Virus record (IMG/VR): IMGVR_UViG_3300044623_001092 | Origin: a virus | Reading direction: 5' to 3' (one strand) | DNA length: 64,000 bases | Part shown: one piece after another, positions 27,026 through 36,537 of the stretch | How positions within the stretch are numbered: position 1 is the stretch's first letter | How the letters are laid out: each line of letters opens with the position of its first letter | Notes under the pieces: generated by a model | The model's input: the letters and a program-made list of their open reading frames with translations, nothing else | Told to the model about the DNA's origin: nothing | Databases searched by the model: none | Translations under genes and position numbers: made by a program

Positions 27026-29356
27026 CTATTGGGTAACAAAACTTATATTATCCTCTTTTCTAATCTTAATTATCGTGTCAGCCCAATTTGTTACTAATGG
27101 ATTGTGAGTAATTACAAATATTTTTTCAAAATACTCTTTAATTTTCGTAAAGAAATCTGAAACCATGTCCAAATTGTCATTAGATATCTTACCAAATACC
27201 TCATCAAATACTATTATGTTTGGTTTAGGTAATGAACAAATCTTACTTAAAACTGCTCTTAATGATAATGACGCAATTGTTCTCTCATAACCCGAACCTG
27301 AAACCATATTTTTCTCAACTTGTGTATTATTATCAATCATGACAAAATCAACTTCGTTTTTATCATTGATTCTAATTTCAAGTCTAAAGTGACAACTGTC
27401 TTCTAATAACCTTTGTAATTCAGAATTGATAAGCGGCATCATCGTTTTCATTATCATTTTAGAAATACCGTTCTTACCGTAAATTTCTAAGTAGATTTTG
27501 TAAATCTTCTCTTGTTCACTTTCAACTTCAATCCTTTTAATCTTATCAATATTACCACTAATTTCTTCAGTCAACGTTTCAATTTTGTAATTACTTGTTG
27601 AAATAACATTTTCAGTCTGTTTCTTACTACCATTTAACTCATCCAATCTCATACCAGATTTAAGAATCTTTTCCTCAATCTTTTCGTTAGACGCAATCTT
27701 ATCCTGAACGTCATTATACTTTTTAAGTTTCTCTTTTAAGTTATTAATTTTCAAATCAAAACCTTCAATACTTAATTCGTACTTGTCCTTAATTAGTTTG
27801 TTTTTCTCATACTCATCGAACTCTTTTTTAAGTTTAACAAAAGATTCATCTTTGCCTGATAAAACCGTCATTAACCCTGAAATTTCGTCTTTATGCGTGA
27901 TAAAACCTGCAAGTTCATTGATTTTTGCCTGTGTAATCGACGCATTCATTAAATCAATTCCACAGTGTTCACAGATAATTCCCCCACTAACTGATGACTG
28001 TAATTTTTCAATCGAAGCAATTTCCGTTTGTACTCTAACAAGTTCTTTGTATTGAGTATTGTACTCAGTCTTAACCTCATCGTGTTTATCTTCATGATAA
28101 AATTCAGTAGGTTCAACAACTTTTAATTCAGATAATTGTTTAACAATTCCTGATTGATTAAATTCAAGAGATTCAATTTCTGACGTAACTTTTGTTGGTG
28201 AAAGATTACTAATCTCAACATCAATGTCACTATGTTTTTGTTTTAACAGTTCATCCCTAAACTCTTGACCCTTAATGATTCTATCTTGAATGTCAATCAA
28301 AGTTATATTCGCATCCTCAATTTGTTTTTTTAACGTAACAATAGTTTCTTCCTTATCTTGGTTATCAGTTTTAAGTTTCTCACTATTGTAAATGTTAGAA
28401 ATCATTGATTTAGAAAATTCACTATAAATTTCCTTAGCAATTTCTTCTTTTCTTTTCAAGAATTCCAACCCCATGAAACGAGATAAGACTTGTCCACGAG
28501 CCGTTGGTTTTGAATCAATTAAATCTTCCAAGTTAGTTCCCGTAGTCAAAATCGTCATCAAGAAATCTTCTTTGGTCCCGATAGAAGTTTTAATGAACTT
28601 TTCAGTTTCTCTTCGTTGTTCACCTGTAAAATTCTGTAAACTATCATCGGATAACCTTTTGAAGAAGTCTAATTCAGTCTTAACATTCCATTCACCACTC
28701 TTGGCTTTCTTACGTTCAAGAGTACGCAAAATAATGTATTCCTCACCATCAATTAATACCTCACCTTTAACCGAAACCTTGTTCTTGTCTGTAAATCTAT
28801 TAAAGATTTCTTCTGCTTTACTTGTTTTAGTCGTCTCGTTAAAAAATAAGAATAATAGTAAGTCAACACTCAATACTGTTTTACCTCCGAAGTTAGGGGG
28901 GTTAGACTCAACAACAGAAATACCGTTACAATTATCAAAATCAATTTTTTGATTTTCACCATAAGATAAGAAATTTGAGAATTCAATGTTTTTAATGTAC
29001 CATTTTTTAAATGGTTGAGCCTCATCATCATTCAAAGACATTCTGTTATCAACAATAGAATCAATGTCTAAAACTTTATCAAGATAGATAGATAATGATT
29101 TATTATCCAAATAAGTTTTCGCCAATTCTTGTTGGTAATTCTTATCCAAAATATTAAAAGAAATATCCACATTGTGGGTAGTCTCTTTATCTACTTTAGT
29201 TTTAGTAATTACGTTAACATTTGTTGTTTCATATTTCTTTTGGAAATAATGTCTAACACTTTTAATCTTCTCTTGTGTAAAATTCTCAGCATAGTCATCC
29301 CATACGACTTGAACGTATGGGTTGTCTAATTTTGTTACGATTAATTCTTCTGTCAT
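27026..29356 (-). CDS. SbcC/Rad50/gp46-like recombination ATPase
   Basis: IEFSNFLSYG, Walker A NFGGKT, coiled coil with CEHC hook, signature GSGYE, Walker B IVFDE, ITH. Confidence 0.92.
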   Translation of the reverse strand: MTEELIVTKLDNPYVQVVWDDYAENFTQEKIKSVRHYFQKKYETTNVNVITKTKVDKETTHNVDISFNILDKNYQQELAKTYLDNKSLSIYLDKVLDIDSIVDNRMSLNDDEAQPFKKWYIKNIEFSNFLSYGENQKIDFDNCNGISVVESNPPNFGGKTVLSVDLLLFLFFNETTKTSKAEEIFNRFTDKNKVSVKGEVLIDGEEYIILRTLERKKAKSGEWNVKTELDFFKRLSDDSLQNFTGEQRRETEKFIKTSIGTKEDFLMTILTTGTNLEDLIDSKPTARGQVLSRFMGLEFLKRKEEIAKEIYSEFSKSMISNIYNSEKLKTDNQDKEETIVTLKKQIEDANITLIDIQDRIIKGQEFRDELLKQKHSDIDVEISNLSPTKVTSEIESLEFNQSGIVKQLSELKVVEPTEFYHEDKHDEVKTEYNTQYKELVRVQTEIASIEKLQSSVSGGIICEHCGIDLMNASITQAKINELAGFITHKDEISGLMTVLSGKDESFVKLKKEFDEYEKNKLIKDKYELSIEGFDLKINNLKEKLKKYNDVQDKIASNEKIEEKILKSGMRLDELNGSKKQTENVISTSNYKIETLTEEISGNIDKIKRIEVESEQEKIYKIYLEIYGKNGISKMIMKTMMPLINSELQRLLEDSCHFRLEIRINDKNEVDFVMIDNNTQVEKNMVSGSGYERTIASLSLRAVLSKICSLPKPNIIVFDEVFGKISNDNLDMVSDFFTKIKEYFEKIFVITHNPLVTNWADTIIKIRKEDNISFVTQ

Positions 29357-29376
29357 TATTGGATATTGTTTGAATT

Positions 29377-29604
29377 TTATTGTTCTGAAACTTGTTCTTC
29401 AGCAGGTGTTTCCATAATTGATTTACCATTATCAATCATATCAACAACCTCAACATTATCCAACGAATTAAACCCTTTAGCCATTTCTTCTAACCTTTCT
29501 CTCATCATCGTTTCGTAAGTTTTTTGGAACTTAGCTTGTTCTCCTTTAAGTCTTTGATTTCTAGCCTCAACTTTTCTTTTGTGTTCTTTCGCGTTTTTAC
29601 CCAT
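29377..29604 (-). CDS. Hypothetical protein
   Basis: 75 aa, basic N-terminus. Confidence 0.7.
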   Translation of the reverse strand: MGKNAKEHKRKVEARNQRLKGEQAKFQKTYETMMRERLEEMAKGFNSLDNVEVVDMIDNGKSIMETPAEEQVSEQ

Positions 29605-29660
29605 TTTTATAGATTTAAATTGTTTTATTAATCTTAGACATTTATTTCTAAAATGTCAAA

Positions 29661-30005
29661 TTATGATGCTGGACGATTCTCCTCAAACCATTCAACGATT
29701 GAATTAATACCCCACACACACCCTGACGCCAATAACCCATCAAAAAACCATGATACGTGGTTATTACAACCTAAAAATACGTTAGTTGGTGAGTACACGG
29801 CCAATCCGAAGAAAAACCCCACCCAAGTACTTGTACACATCATACAAGATAATAAATCAGAGAAAAATCCTCCGACATACCGAAACGGGATAGACGGATT
29901 ATCACCCCAACTTTTAAGACCATTTCTTAACCAACCAAAAATTGACCCGTAAACTAGTATGTTACTCATACCATACGCCATCATTACCCAAATAAAAATT
30001 TCCAT
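29661..30005 (-). CDS. DUF1360-like membrane protein with CxxC
   Basis: IFGWLR...DLLSCMMCTSTWVG pattern, three hydrophobic segments. Confidence 0.7.
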   Translation of the reverse strand: MEIFIWVMMAYGMSNILVYGSIFGWLRNGLKSWGDNPSIPFRYVGGFFSDLLSCMMCTSTWVGFFFGLAVYSPTNVFLGCNNHVSWFFDGLLASGCVWGINSIVEWFEENRPAS

Positions 30006-30008
30006 AAT

Positions 30009-30749
30009 TTATATGTTTTCATTTATATTGGAACCTTTCAAATAAACCGCACCTGTTGGGTTTAATCTCATTTCCATTTGTTTATTTAAATCCTTTAACT
30101 GAAGGATTTCATCATCTTTATCATTAAGTTGAGACCTAAGTTTCATTAGGGTTTCACTTAACATTTTTAACTTATCATTAGGTTGTTCAACCTCTTTAAT
30201 AATTTCCACTTCTTTAATAATTTCAATTTCTTTAATAATTTCTACAGGTGGTTTGTCTAAATTACGTCTAAGTTCATCTAACTCTTTCTCTTTTTTAGAC
30301 ATCTCTTGCTGGAAAATTTTTGCCGTTTCTTGGGTTTTAGTGGAAAATTCCTGCCGTTCTGACTCCAAATCATCATTTAAGTGGAAAATGGTTTCTTCGA
30401 GTTGTTGTATTTTAAACAACAACTCATTTTCAGATTCTTTGTCACTAATGTATTCTATTTTTGTGACAACTTTTTCCACAGGAACTTCTTTAATTATTTC
30501 TTTAATAACTTCCCTCTCAACAATGACTTCTTTAATAACCTCAACAGGTATTTCTATACGTTTTTCAACAATCACCTCAGTTATTAAGTGTTTTTCATCT
30601 TCATTAAGTGAATTTCCCAAAAATCCATATCTCTTTATATCAAACCCTTGTTTGAAACACTGAGTAACAAACAAAGAGACATCCTCAATATTATTTATTT
30701 TACAATACTGTAGGATGTCATTTTCATATTTAGAGTTTACATTAAGCAT
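30009..30749 (-). CDS. Coiled-coil protein with EVIKE/VPVEK repeats
   Basis: IPVEVIKEVIVEREVIKEIIKEVPVEKVV and EIIKE repeats. Confidence 0.7.
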   Translation of the reverse strand: MLNVNSKYENDILQYCKINNIEDVSLFVTQCFKQGFDIKRYGFLGNSLNEDEKHLITEVIVEKRIEIPVEVIKEVIVEREVIKEIIKEVPVEKVVTKIEYISDKESENELLFKIQQLEETIFHLNDDLESERQEFSTKTQETAKIFQQEMSKKEKELDELRRNLDKPPVEIIKEIEIIKEVEIIKEVEQPNDKLKMLSETLMKLRSQLNDKDDEILQLKDLNKQMEMRLNPTGAVYLKGSNINENI

Positions 30750-31521
30750 TTGCTAATCTCTCATTCCCATTTAGTATATCCTCAAATGATTTAATCTTGA
30801 AGGATAAGAATGGTTTAGGGTTTTCAAGGTCAACAAATTCATAGGTATCATTAATAACATCATAAATTCCGTATCCGTGATTTTTAAGTGTTTCACCGTA
30901 ATTTTGTTGGATTGTTGAACCAACCATGTATGCTTTCTTACCATTCGGTATGTTGAATACTTGACGTTTGTGAATATCACCACAAAGAACTAAATCGCAT
31001 CCTTTGAACTTATCAGAATCAAACCCACTATCAAATTTATATCCGACATCAGTTGTTAGTCCTTGGACAGGACCATGGAATAAACCAATCTTAACTCTAC
31101 CTGTTTTTTCAATGTCAGGTGGGATATTGTGGTCCATCAATGAGAATACAACCCAATCAACATTCTCATCTTCATATTCCCCTCGGCTCTTTAAATAAGC
31201 AATATTTTCGTCCTGAAGTGAATCTATAATTGGGGTTAACGCATCCAATCTTGACATATTGTTTTCAAGGAAATCGTGGTTACCAATTATTAAAACAGTT
31301 TTCGCTATTTTAGAACATTCAGTTAATATCCAAGCAACAAACTCAATTAACTCAGGAGTCATTTGATTTTTTGAATGAACCAAGTCACCAGTAAACACAA
31401 TCCTATCAGGTTGTATTTCTCTGAATTGGTTTAACATATCAATCAAAATAGAACGATATAAGTCGTGGTCTTTAAATAAACGAATATGTAAATCTGAAAA
31501 GTGAACTAATTTTTTAATCAT
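30742..31521 (-). CDS. SbcD/Mre11/gp47-like metallophosphoesterase nuclease
   Basis: SDLH, TGDLVH, GNHD, FHG, GDIH, Y.GS..QQNYGE. Confidence 0.92.
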   Translation of the reverse strand: MIKKLVHFSDLHIRLFKDHDLYRSILIDMLNQFREIQPDRIVFTGDLVHSKNQMTPELIEFVAWILTECSKIAKTVLIIGNHDFLENNMSRLDALTPIIDSLQDENIAYLKSRGEYEDENVDWVVFSLMDHNIPPDIEKTGRVKIGLFHGPVQGLTTDVGYKFDSGFDSDKFKGCDLVLCGDIHKRQVFNIPNGKKAYMVGSTIQQNYGETLKNHGYGIYDVINDTYEFVDLENPKPFLSFKIKSFEDILNGNERLANA

Positions 31522-32471
31522 ATCTTTTTGGTTTTTTTAGTTTTACTAACAAATTCCCTTAACAAACTATCTTTTTTTTCAATCTCACTAATTCTATCCT
31601 CAACTTCTTTATTTTTCGCTAATAAATCCTTTAACCTACTCATATCCCAAGGTTTTGGAACGTCATTGATTGCTAAAAAATTATCAATCAATTCCTCAGT
31701 AATTAACTTAGGGTCAATCCCAACCTCATCAATAAATTTATCTTTTAAATGTGATGGGATAATTTTATTATTTAACCTCAATTCAATTTCACCAGGTTTA
31801 ACAACATTTTGTTCTAAATAATACACCGCATAACCAACATCGTCAGGTTTACTTGCGGTTAAATCTAAATCATAAACGTTTCTGTCAACTTCAGACCCAT
31901 CATTGTTGTCTATTACCTCAAATAATCCTCTAACCAAAACATATCTAAGTCCTTTAGTTTTATATTCATCAGGGTTGTCCAAAACATCATCAAGTAAATT
32001 ATGAAGAATCTGTCTTTGTTCTTGTTCTGTATCAATATTAAGTATGTCTTGTACCATTTCAGGTGACCAAGTTAATAAGATATGTTTTCTTGGCGTAAAA
32101 TCAGTTGGGTCATATATGGTGGGACCTATCGCAGCACCATTCTTAACGGGTTTAATCAATCGACTTGGGTCGTACATTTCAGGTGTTAAACCTAACGATA
32201 AAAGATAACATCTACCTTTAAATTCCATTAAATCAGATAACTTGATTGTATTTGCGGTATACACTCCCCCTCCAACTTTTTTAACCAACGGCATTTTTAA
32301 AATCTCCAACGAATCACATTTAGCGAATTCATCACATTCTTTAATTATGTTTTTATATTTATCCAATTCTTTACCATAAAGACAAGTCTCAACAACAAAT
32401 GTTTCATCATATTGATTTGGATTATCCTTTTTACCTAATAAGGCAACTTCTAAAAATTCTTTTAATTTCAT
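31518..32471 (-). CDS. Hypothetical protein
   Basis: 317-aa ORF, ATGA-coupled. Confidence 0.7.
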   Translation of the reverse strand: MKLKEFLEVALLGKKDNPNQYDETFVVETCLYGKELDKYKNIIKECDEFAKCDSLEILKMPLVKKVGGGVYTANTIKLSDLMEFKGRCYLLSLGLTPEMYDPSRLIKPVKNGAAIGPTIYDPTDFTPRKHILLTWSPEMVQDILNIDTEQEQRQILHNLLDDVLDNPDEYKTKGLRYVLVRGLFEVIDNNDGSEVDRNVYDLDLTASKPDDVGYAVYYLEQNVVKPGEIELRLNNKIIPSHLKDKFIDEVGIDPKLITEELIDNFLAINDVPKPWDMSRLKDLLAKNKEVEDRISEIEKKDSLLREFVSKTKKTKKI

Positions 32472-32472
32472 A

Positions 32473-32721
32473 TTACATTACAATTCTTGGTGGATGACCT
32501 AAATCATCATCCTGTTTTATTGATGGTACTACAATAGGTTGTAGACCACTATTTCTCTTATTACCTAAATGTCTAAATTTATCAATGTCAAATTCATTTT
32601 CATCTTTAACTTGAGACATCTTTTCTTTAATAACATCAATATCTGACTCTTGGACAACCGTCCAACTTCTGTTAGTTAGAAATCCATCTAACCAAATATA
32701 AAATTCCTTATGATTTATCAT
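32473..32721 (-). CDS. Hypothetical protein
   Basis: 82 aa, EFYIWLDGF motif. Confidence 0.7.
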   Translation of the reverse strand: MINHKEFYIWLDGFLTNRSWTVVQESDIDVIKEKMSQVKDENEFDIDKFRHLGNKRNSGLQPIVVPSIKQDDDLGHPPRIVM

Positions 32722-32945
32722 AACAATGTATTATCAATATCAAATAATAAGAACTCAGGATTTACATGCCCACAATCATCACAACGATATGTTGGGAAAG
32801 GGACTATCGTGTCTTCATCAGTTCCTGTTAATTCACCTGACACTTTTTTAATTAGTGTTACCTCTTTGAAGTACATCCCTCCACACTCATCACAAACAAC
32901 TGTTGGTTGTGATTTCAAATCAATCATTGGTTCATTTTCACTCAT
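32718..32945 (-). CDS. Zinc-ribbon protein
   Basis: CDECG...CDDCGH. Confidence 0.8.
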   Translation of the reverse strand: MSENEPMIDLKSQPTVVCDECGGMYFKEVTLIKKVSGELTGTDEDTIVPFPTYRCDDCGHVNPEFLLFDIDNTLL

Positions 32946-32946
32946 A

Positions 32947-33216
32947 CTATTCTACGTTAATTGATGAATCTTCATCATTTATTTTGTCTCTTTCAATATC
33001 TCTATCCCATAATTGTTCACTTAAAGTATCAAAATCATCATTAGTCGCTTTCATTTCATCAGCGTTATTCTCAACGTAATCCTTAATCTCTTTGTAAGTT
33101 TTACCATCTAATTCAGGATAATCCCCAATATTTAATTCAATAAATTCACGTCTAATCCAAGTAACATATGACTCAGTAACGTACACTTTAATCGTTTCTA
33201 ATTTTTCTTCACTCAT
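32947..33216 (-). CDS. Hypothetical acidic protein
   Basis: 89-aa ORF in operon. Confidence 0.7.
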   Translation of the reverse strand: MSEEKLETIKVYVTESYVTWIRREFIELNIGDYPELDGKTYKEIKDYVENNADEMKATNDDFDTLSEQLWDRDIERDKINDEDSSINVE

Positions 33217-33308
33217 TTTATTACGTAATTTATATTTATTTTTCCAAGTCCATAGTTATCCCAAGTGGTATTATAATACCATATTGGTTCAATAGTTGTT
33301 TCATTCAT
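33213..33308 (-). CDS. Small hypothetical protein (31 aa)
   Basis: Manual: MNETTIEPIWYYNTTWDNYGLGKININYVIK; fills the operon gap with an ATGA overlap into the next gene. Confidence 0.55.
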   Translation of the reverse strand: MNETTIEPIWYYNTTWDNYGLGKININYVIK

Positions 33309-33316
33309 AATATAAT

Positions 33317-34183
33317 TTATTTTGTTTTATTAGTCAAATATTTTGACATATCCATATTTAAAATTGTGCTTTGAACGTCTTTAGGTACTCTAAATTCTTC
33401 AAATTCCCCCTCATCACTCAGGTGAACTACGATACAACCATATATCTTAATATTTTCGTATTTAGACCCTTTTAACATATCTAACAATAATTTACCATAA
33501 AATGGTAATTGTGTAAAGTAGTGACCCAACGCAGTATCGTCCAAATGCTGAAATGGTGGTTTCATTTTTTTAGTGAAGAAACTAGCTTCAAAATTTTTCT
33601 TCTTATTAGTTTTCCAATCAGTAACAACAATACCTACCTCAGTCTTTTCCTTATTAAAGAATAACCATTTTTTATCGGGTTGACCAACATATTCCAACTC
33701 ATTACTACCTAAAACAATCTCAGTATCCAATAGAACACCTTCTCTTTCTTTCATCAACTCCAAATACCTCACACCCGCAGATATCATCGAGTCACCTTTC
33801 AAAACTTGTGTGAAATCCACCTCAAATATTGGTTCTCGAACTTCTTTGTTTAAATTAAACATTTCAACCGATTTCTTCTCAAGTAAGAAGTGAACTCTTG
33901 ACCCCATGTTGGTTGAATACGTACCAGCATCACCCCACTCTTTCAATAATCTATCTTTTTCTTCGGGGTCACCTTTAGATTTTTTCTCAGCAATTCCGTC
34001 AGTATCAAACTCAGTATAAAAAAGTTTCATCACTTTAGAAACTGAAGGCCAGTCAGTACGTGAATTACCTTCCTTATCAAGCATGGTATATGTGTGAGTA
34101 TCTTCCACGAAAGACATTCCTAATTCTTCTTGTTTTTTTTGAATTATTTCATTAATCTCATCTCTTATTTTATATAAATCCAT
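33317..34183 (-). CDS. PD-(D/E)XK (Cas4-like) exonuclease
   Basis: HTY..SVS, GSRVH, TE, GQPD, DWKT, HY..QL..Y. Confidence 0.85.
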   Translation of the reverse strand: MDLYKIRDEINEIIQKKQEELGMSFVEDTHTYTMLDKEGNSRTDWPSVSKVMKLFYTEFDTDGIAEKKSKGDPEEKDRLLKEWGDAGTYSTNMGSRVHFLLEKKSVEMFNLNKEVREPIFEVDFTQVLKGDSMISAGVRYLELMKEREGVLLDTEIVLGSNELEYVGQPDKKWLFFNKEKTEVGIVVTDWKTNKKKNFEASFFTKKMKPPFQHLDDTALGHYFTQLPFYGKLLLDMLKGSKYENIKIYGCIVVHLSDEGEFEEFRVPKDVQSTILNMDMSKYLTNKTK

Positions 34184-34184
34184 A

Positions 34185-35084
34185 TTATCTCATTTCATAA
34201 TAGTAATCGTTTATGTCCCCTCTCAAATCCGCAACATCAGAATCACCTGTGATTTTTATAATCTTAACTCTACCATACAAACCACCACCATTTAGATTAT
34301 GGAATAATTTAACTGAGTCACCCCAAGCATCACTGTCCAAACAAATAGTAATATTACCTGTTGCTTTATCATATAAAGTTTCAAATAACAAATCTGACAT
34401 ATGTTTACCTAACATAGGGATACTATTAGGTAAAAACACAGAGTCAAACGCCCCTTCAACTAAAAATATATCTTTATCCCAATCAATTAGATTTTCATTG
34501 AAGATGATTTTATCTTTTTCAGCTTCAGGATTCTTGTACTTAGCTTTAGTATGGGGGTCCCAACTCCTTGCGATGTAATAATTCAACTCACCATTTTTAT
34601 CATAAGACGGTATAACAATCCTACCAAAGTGGTTACCTTTATCACAAAACCCTATACCATATTTTTCAATAATATCATCAGTGATACCCCTATTTTTAAG
34701 ATAGGAATACGCTTGTTGATACACGGGGTATCTAGGGTTTGAGTCCCTGAATAATGTGAAATTATCAGGTAATCTTAATTTGGGTAATTTCTTTTCTCTT
34801 GGTTTATTTTCTTCGGGTTGTAAGATATTGTAAACTTTTTTCTGTTTTTTATTCCCATATTTGTCAAATAATTTACCCAAAGGTCCGTGAGTTCCGTTCT
34901 CATCACTACACGACCAACACTTATAAACGTGAGAAAAATAGTTAACCTCAAGGTTACCTTTATGTCTATCTTCATCACATTCAGGACAGTCAAAGGAGAT
35001 TTGTCCCCTATGTTCATAGTGGAGTTTCTCGTCACCCAGGACTTCCCTCAATAATTCAACCAATATTTCTTTATCATCCGACAT
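34185..35084 (-). CDS. DNA primase (Zn finger plus TOPRIM)
   Basis: CPEC...CWSC, YLKNRG, RIVIP, KYKNP, VEGAFD, LDSDA, DVAD. Confidence 0.9.
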   Translation of the reverse strand: MSDDKEILVELLREVLGDEKLHYEHRGQISFDCPECDEDRHKGNLEVNYFSHVYKCWSCSDENGTHGPLGKLFDKYGNKKQKKVYNILQPEENKPREKKLPKLRLPDNFTLFRDSNPRYPVYQQAYSYLKNRGITDDIIEKYGIGFCDKGNHFGRIVIPSYDKNGELNYYIARSWDPHTKAKYKNPEAEKDKIIFNENLIDWDKDIFLVEGAFDSVFLPNSIPMLGKHMSDLLFETLYDKATGNITICLDSDAWGDSVKLFHNLNGGGLYGRVKIIKITGDSDVADLRGDINDYYYEMR

Positions 35085-35090
35085 CACATA

Positions 35091-35121
35091 CAAAAATAAG
35101 CCAAAACTTTATATTAATCAA
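35091..35121 (-). promoter_or_regulatory. Bacteroidota-type promoter heading the replication operon
   Basis: Minus strand TTG-N20-TATTTTTG immediately upstream of the primase. Confidence 0.6.
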
Positions 35122-35169
35122 CCTTCACAAGTTTTTATCAACCTTTATATTTATAAATAAAGAAAATAA

Positions 35170-35394
35170 ATGCCAACGGAAATAATCATAACTTCAGTTT
35201 CAGGTGCCACACCCTTTAATGTTTATATATGTGATGACCCAATTATAACATGTGTATATGTTGATACTATAACAGTTGCCAATATACCATACTCGTTTAA
35301 TGTCCCATCAATATTGGATGGTCAAACGTCGTACAATTTGAAAGTGGTGGATAATAATGGTTGCTCCGTTGAGGAAAATTTAACATTATTATGA
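35170..35394 (+). CDS. Small beta-sandwich virion protein (module shared with N-termini of 36538 and 38788)
   Basis: P[FY]x[VI]Y[IV]CD...C...[FY]xxP...KxxxxxGC pattern. Confidence 0.7.
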   Translation: MPTEIIITSVSGATPFNVYICDDPIITCVYVDTITVANIPYSFNVPSILDGQTSYNLKVVDNNGCSVEENLTLL

Positions 35395-36515
35395 GTTGTT
35401 CTACTGAATATTGTATTAGTAATACTAACCACCCTGAATACGATGATAATTTCACATCAAACGGTGATTATGATGGTTATCCTAGTTGGTCTGGGTTAAC
35501 TAATGGATATTATATATATTTTAATACTACAGGAACACAATGGTGTTTATCCTCATCATTAGGTGGGGCTTGTTTATTATCAGGTAAATCACCGTGTACA
35601 TCAGAGTGTCCCGACTTAAACGGTGCGTATTTTGGTTCTGGTATGTGTTTAACACCTACCCCAACCCCAACGAATAATTGTGATATTTTAAATTTCGAAT
35701 CGTTTTTTGATTGTGAGGTTATACCAACTCCAACACCTACCCCAACTCCGACACAAACCCCTACAATGACTCCAACACCAAGTTCAACAAACTATTGTTC
35801 AATTGTGGAAGTTGTTGCAACAATCAATTCATATTCACCAACACCAACTCCAACACCAACAATTACACCGTCATCTTCAGGGATTATTGAAAGACCTTGT
35901 CATTTTTATGGTGACGCTACTTTCAATACGGTAAACGATATGATTAATTGTCCTATCAGTAAACAATTTCAAGATTGTTATAACGGGACAATGTATTACA
36001 CAACAAATAACGTAACTAACCCATCAGGGGGTGAAATTACTCAATATATGGTCTTTAACTCATTAGTCGATGGGTTAACTAAATGTATATCTTATGTTGG
36101 TACAACGAATCAAATTAGTGGGGTAAATAACATAATTTTAAGTTCAGGTCCTTATGGTTACTCTAACTTAGGAGGTTGTAATTCATGTATACCAACGCCA
36201 ACGCCAACACCTACATCAACAATGACACCAACACCAACACCTTCAATAACACCAACACCTTCAATAACACCAACACAAACTAAAACACCTACCCCAACCC
36301 AAACACCAACAACAACCCAAACACCAACAACAACCCAAACACCAACAACAACACCAACAACAACACCAACCCCAACCCAAACACCAACAACAACCCAAAC
36401 ACCAACAACAACACCAACCCAAACACCAACAACAACCCAAACACCAACCCCAACAACTACCCCAATAGTTCCAATACTTTGTGGTATATCGGGTTACACA
36501 TATGATATTTCATAA
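35391..36515 (+). CDS. Cys-rich protein with Thr-Pro mucin-like tracts
   Basis: PTPTPT linkers between Cys-rich modules; long TPT/TTQ tract at 36190-36462. Confidence 0.75.
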   Translation: MSCSTEYCISNTNHPEYDDNFTSNGDYDGYPSWSGLTNGYYIYFNTTGTQWCLSSSLGGACLLSGKSPCTSECPDLNGAYFGSGMCLTPTPTPTNNCDILNFESFFDCEVIPTPTPTPTPTQTPTMTPTPSSTNYCSIVEVVATINSYSPTPTPTPTITPSSSGIIERPCHFYGDATFNTVNDMINCPISKQFQDCYNGTMYYTTNNVTNPSGGEITQYMVFNSLVDGLTKCISYVGTTNQISGVNNIILSSGPYGYSNLGGCNSCIPTPTPTPTSTMTPTPTPSITPTPSITPTQTKTPTPTQTPTTTQTPTTTQTPTTTPTTTPTPTQTPTTTQTPTTTPTQTPTTTQTPTPTTTPIVPILCGISGYTYDIS

Positions 36516-36537
36516 ACATGAAAAAAATTAATTAAAT

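Noticed and set aside
33317-34183. Cas4 as evidence of CRISPR adaptation
   Set aside because: No Fe-S Cys cluster, no array or cas1; sits beside the primase like an ordinary phage exonuclease
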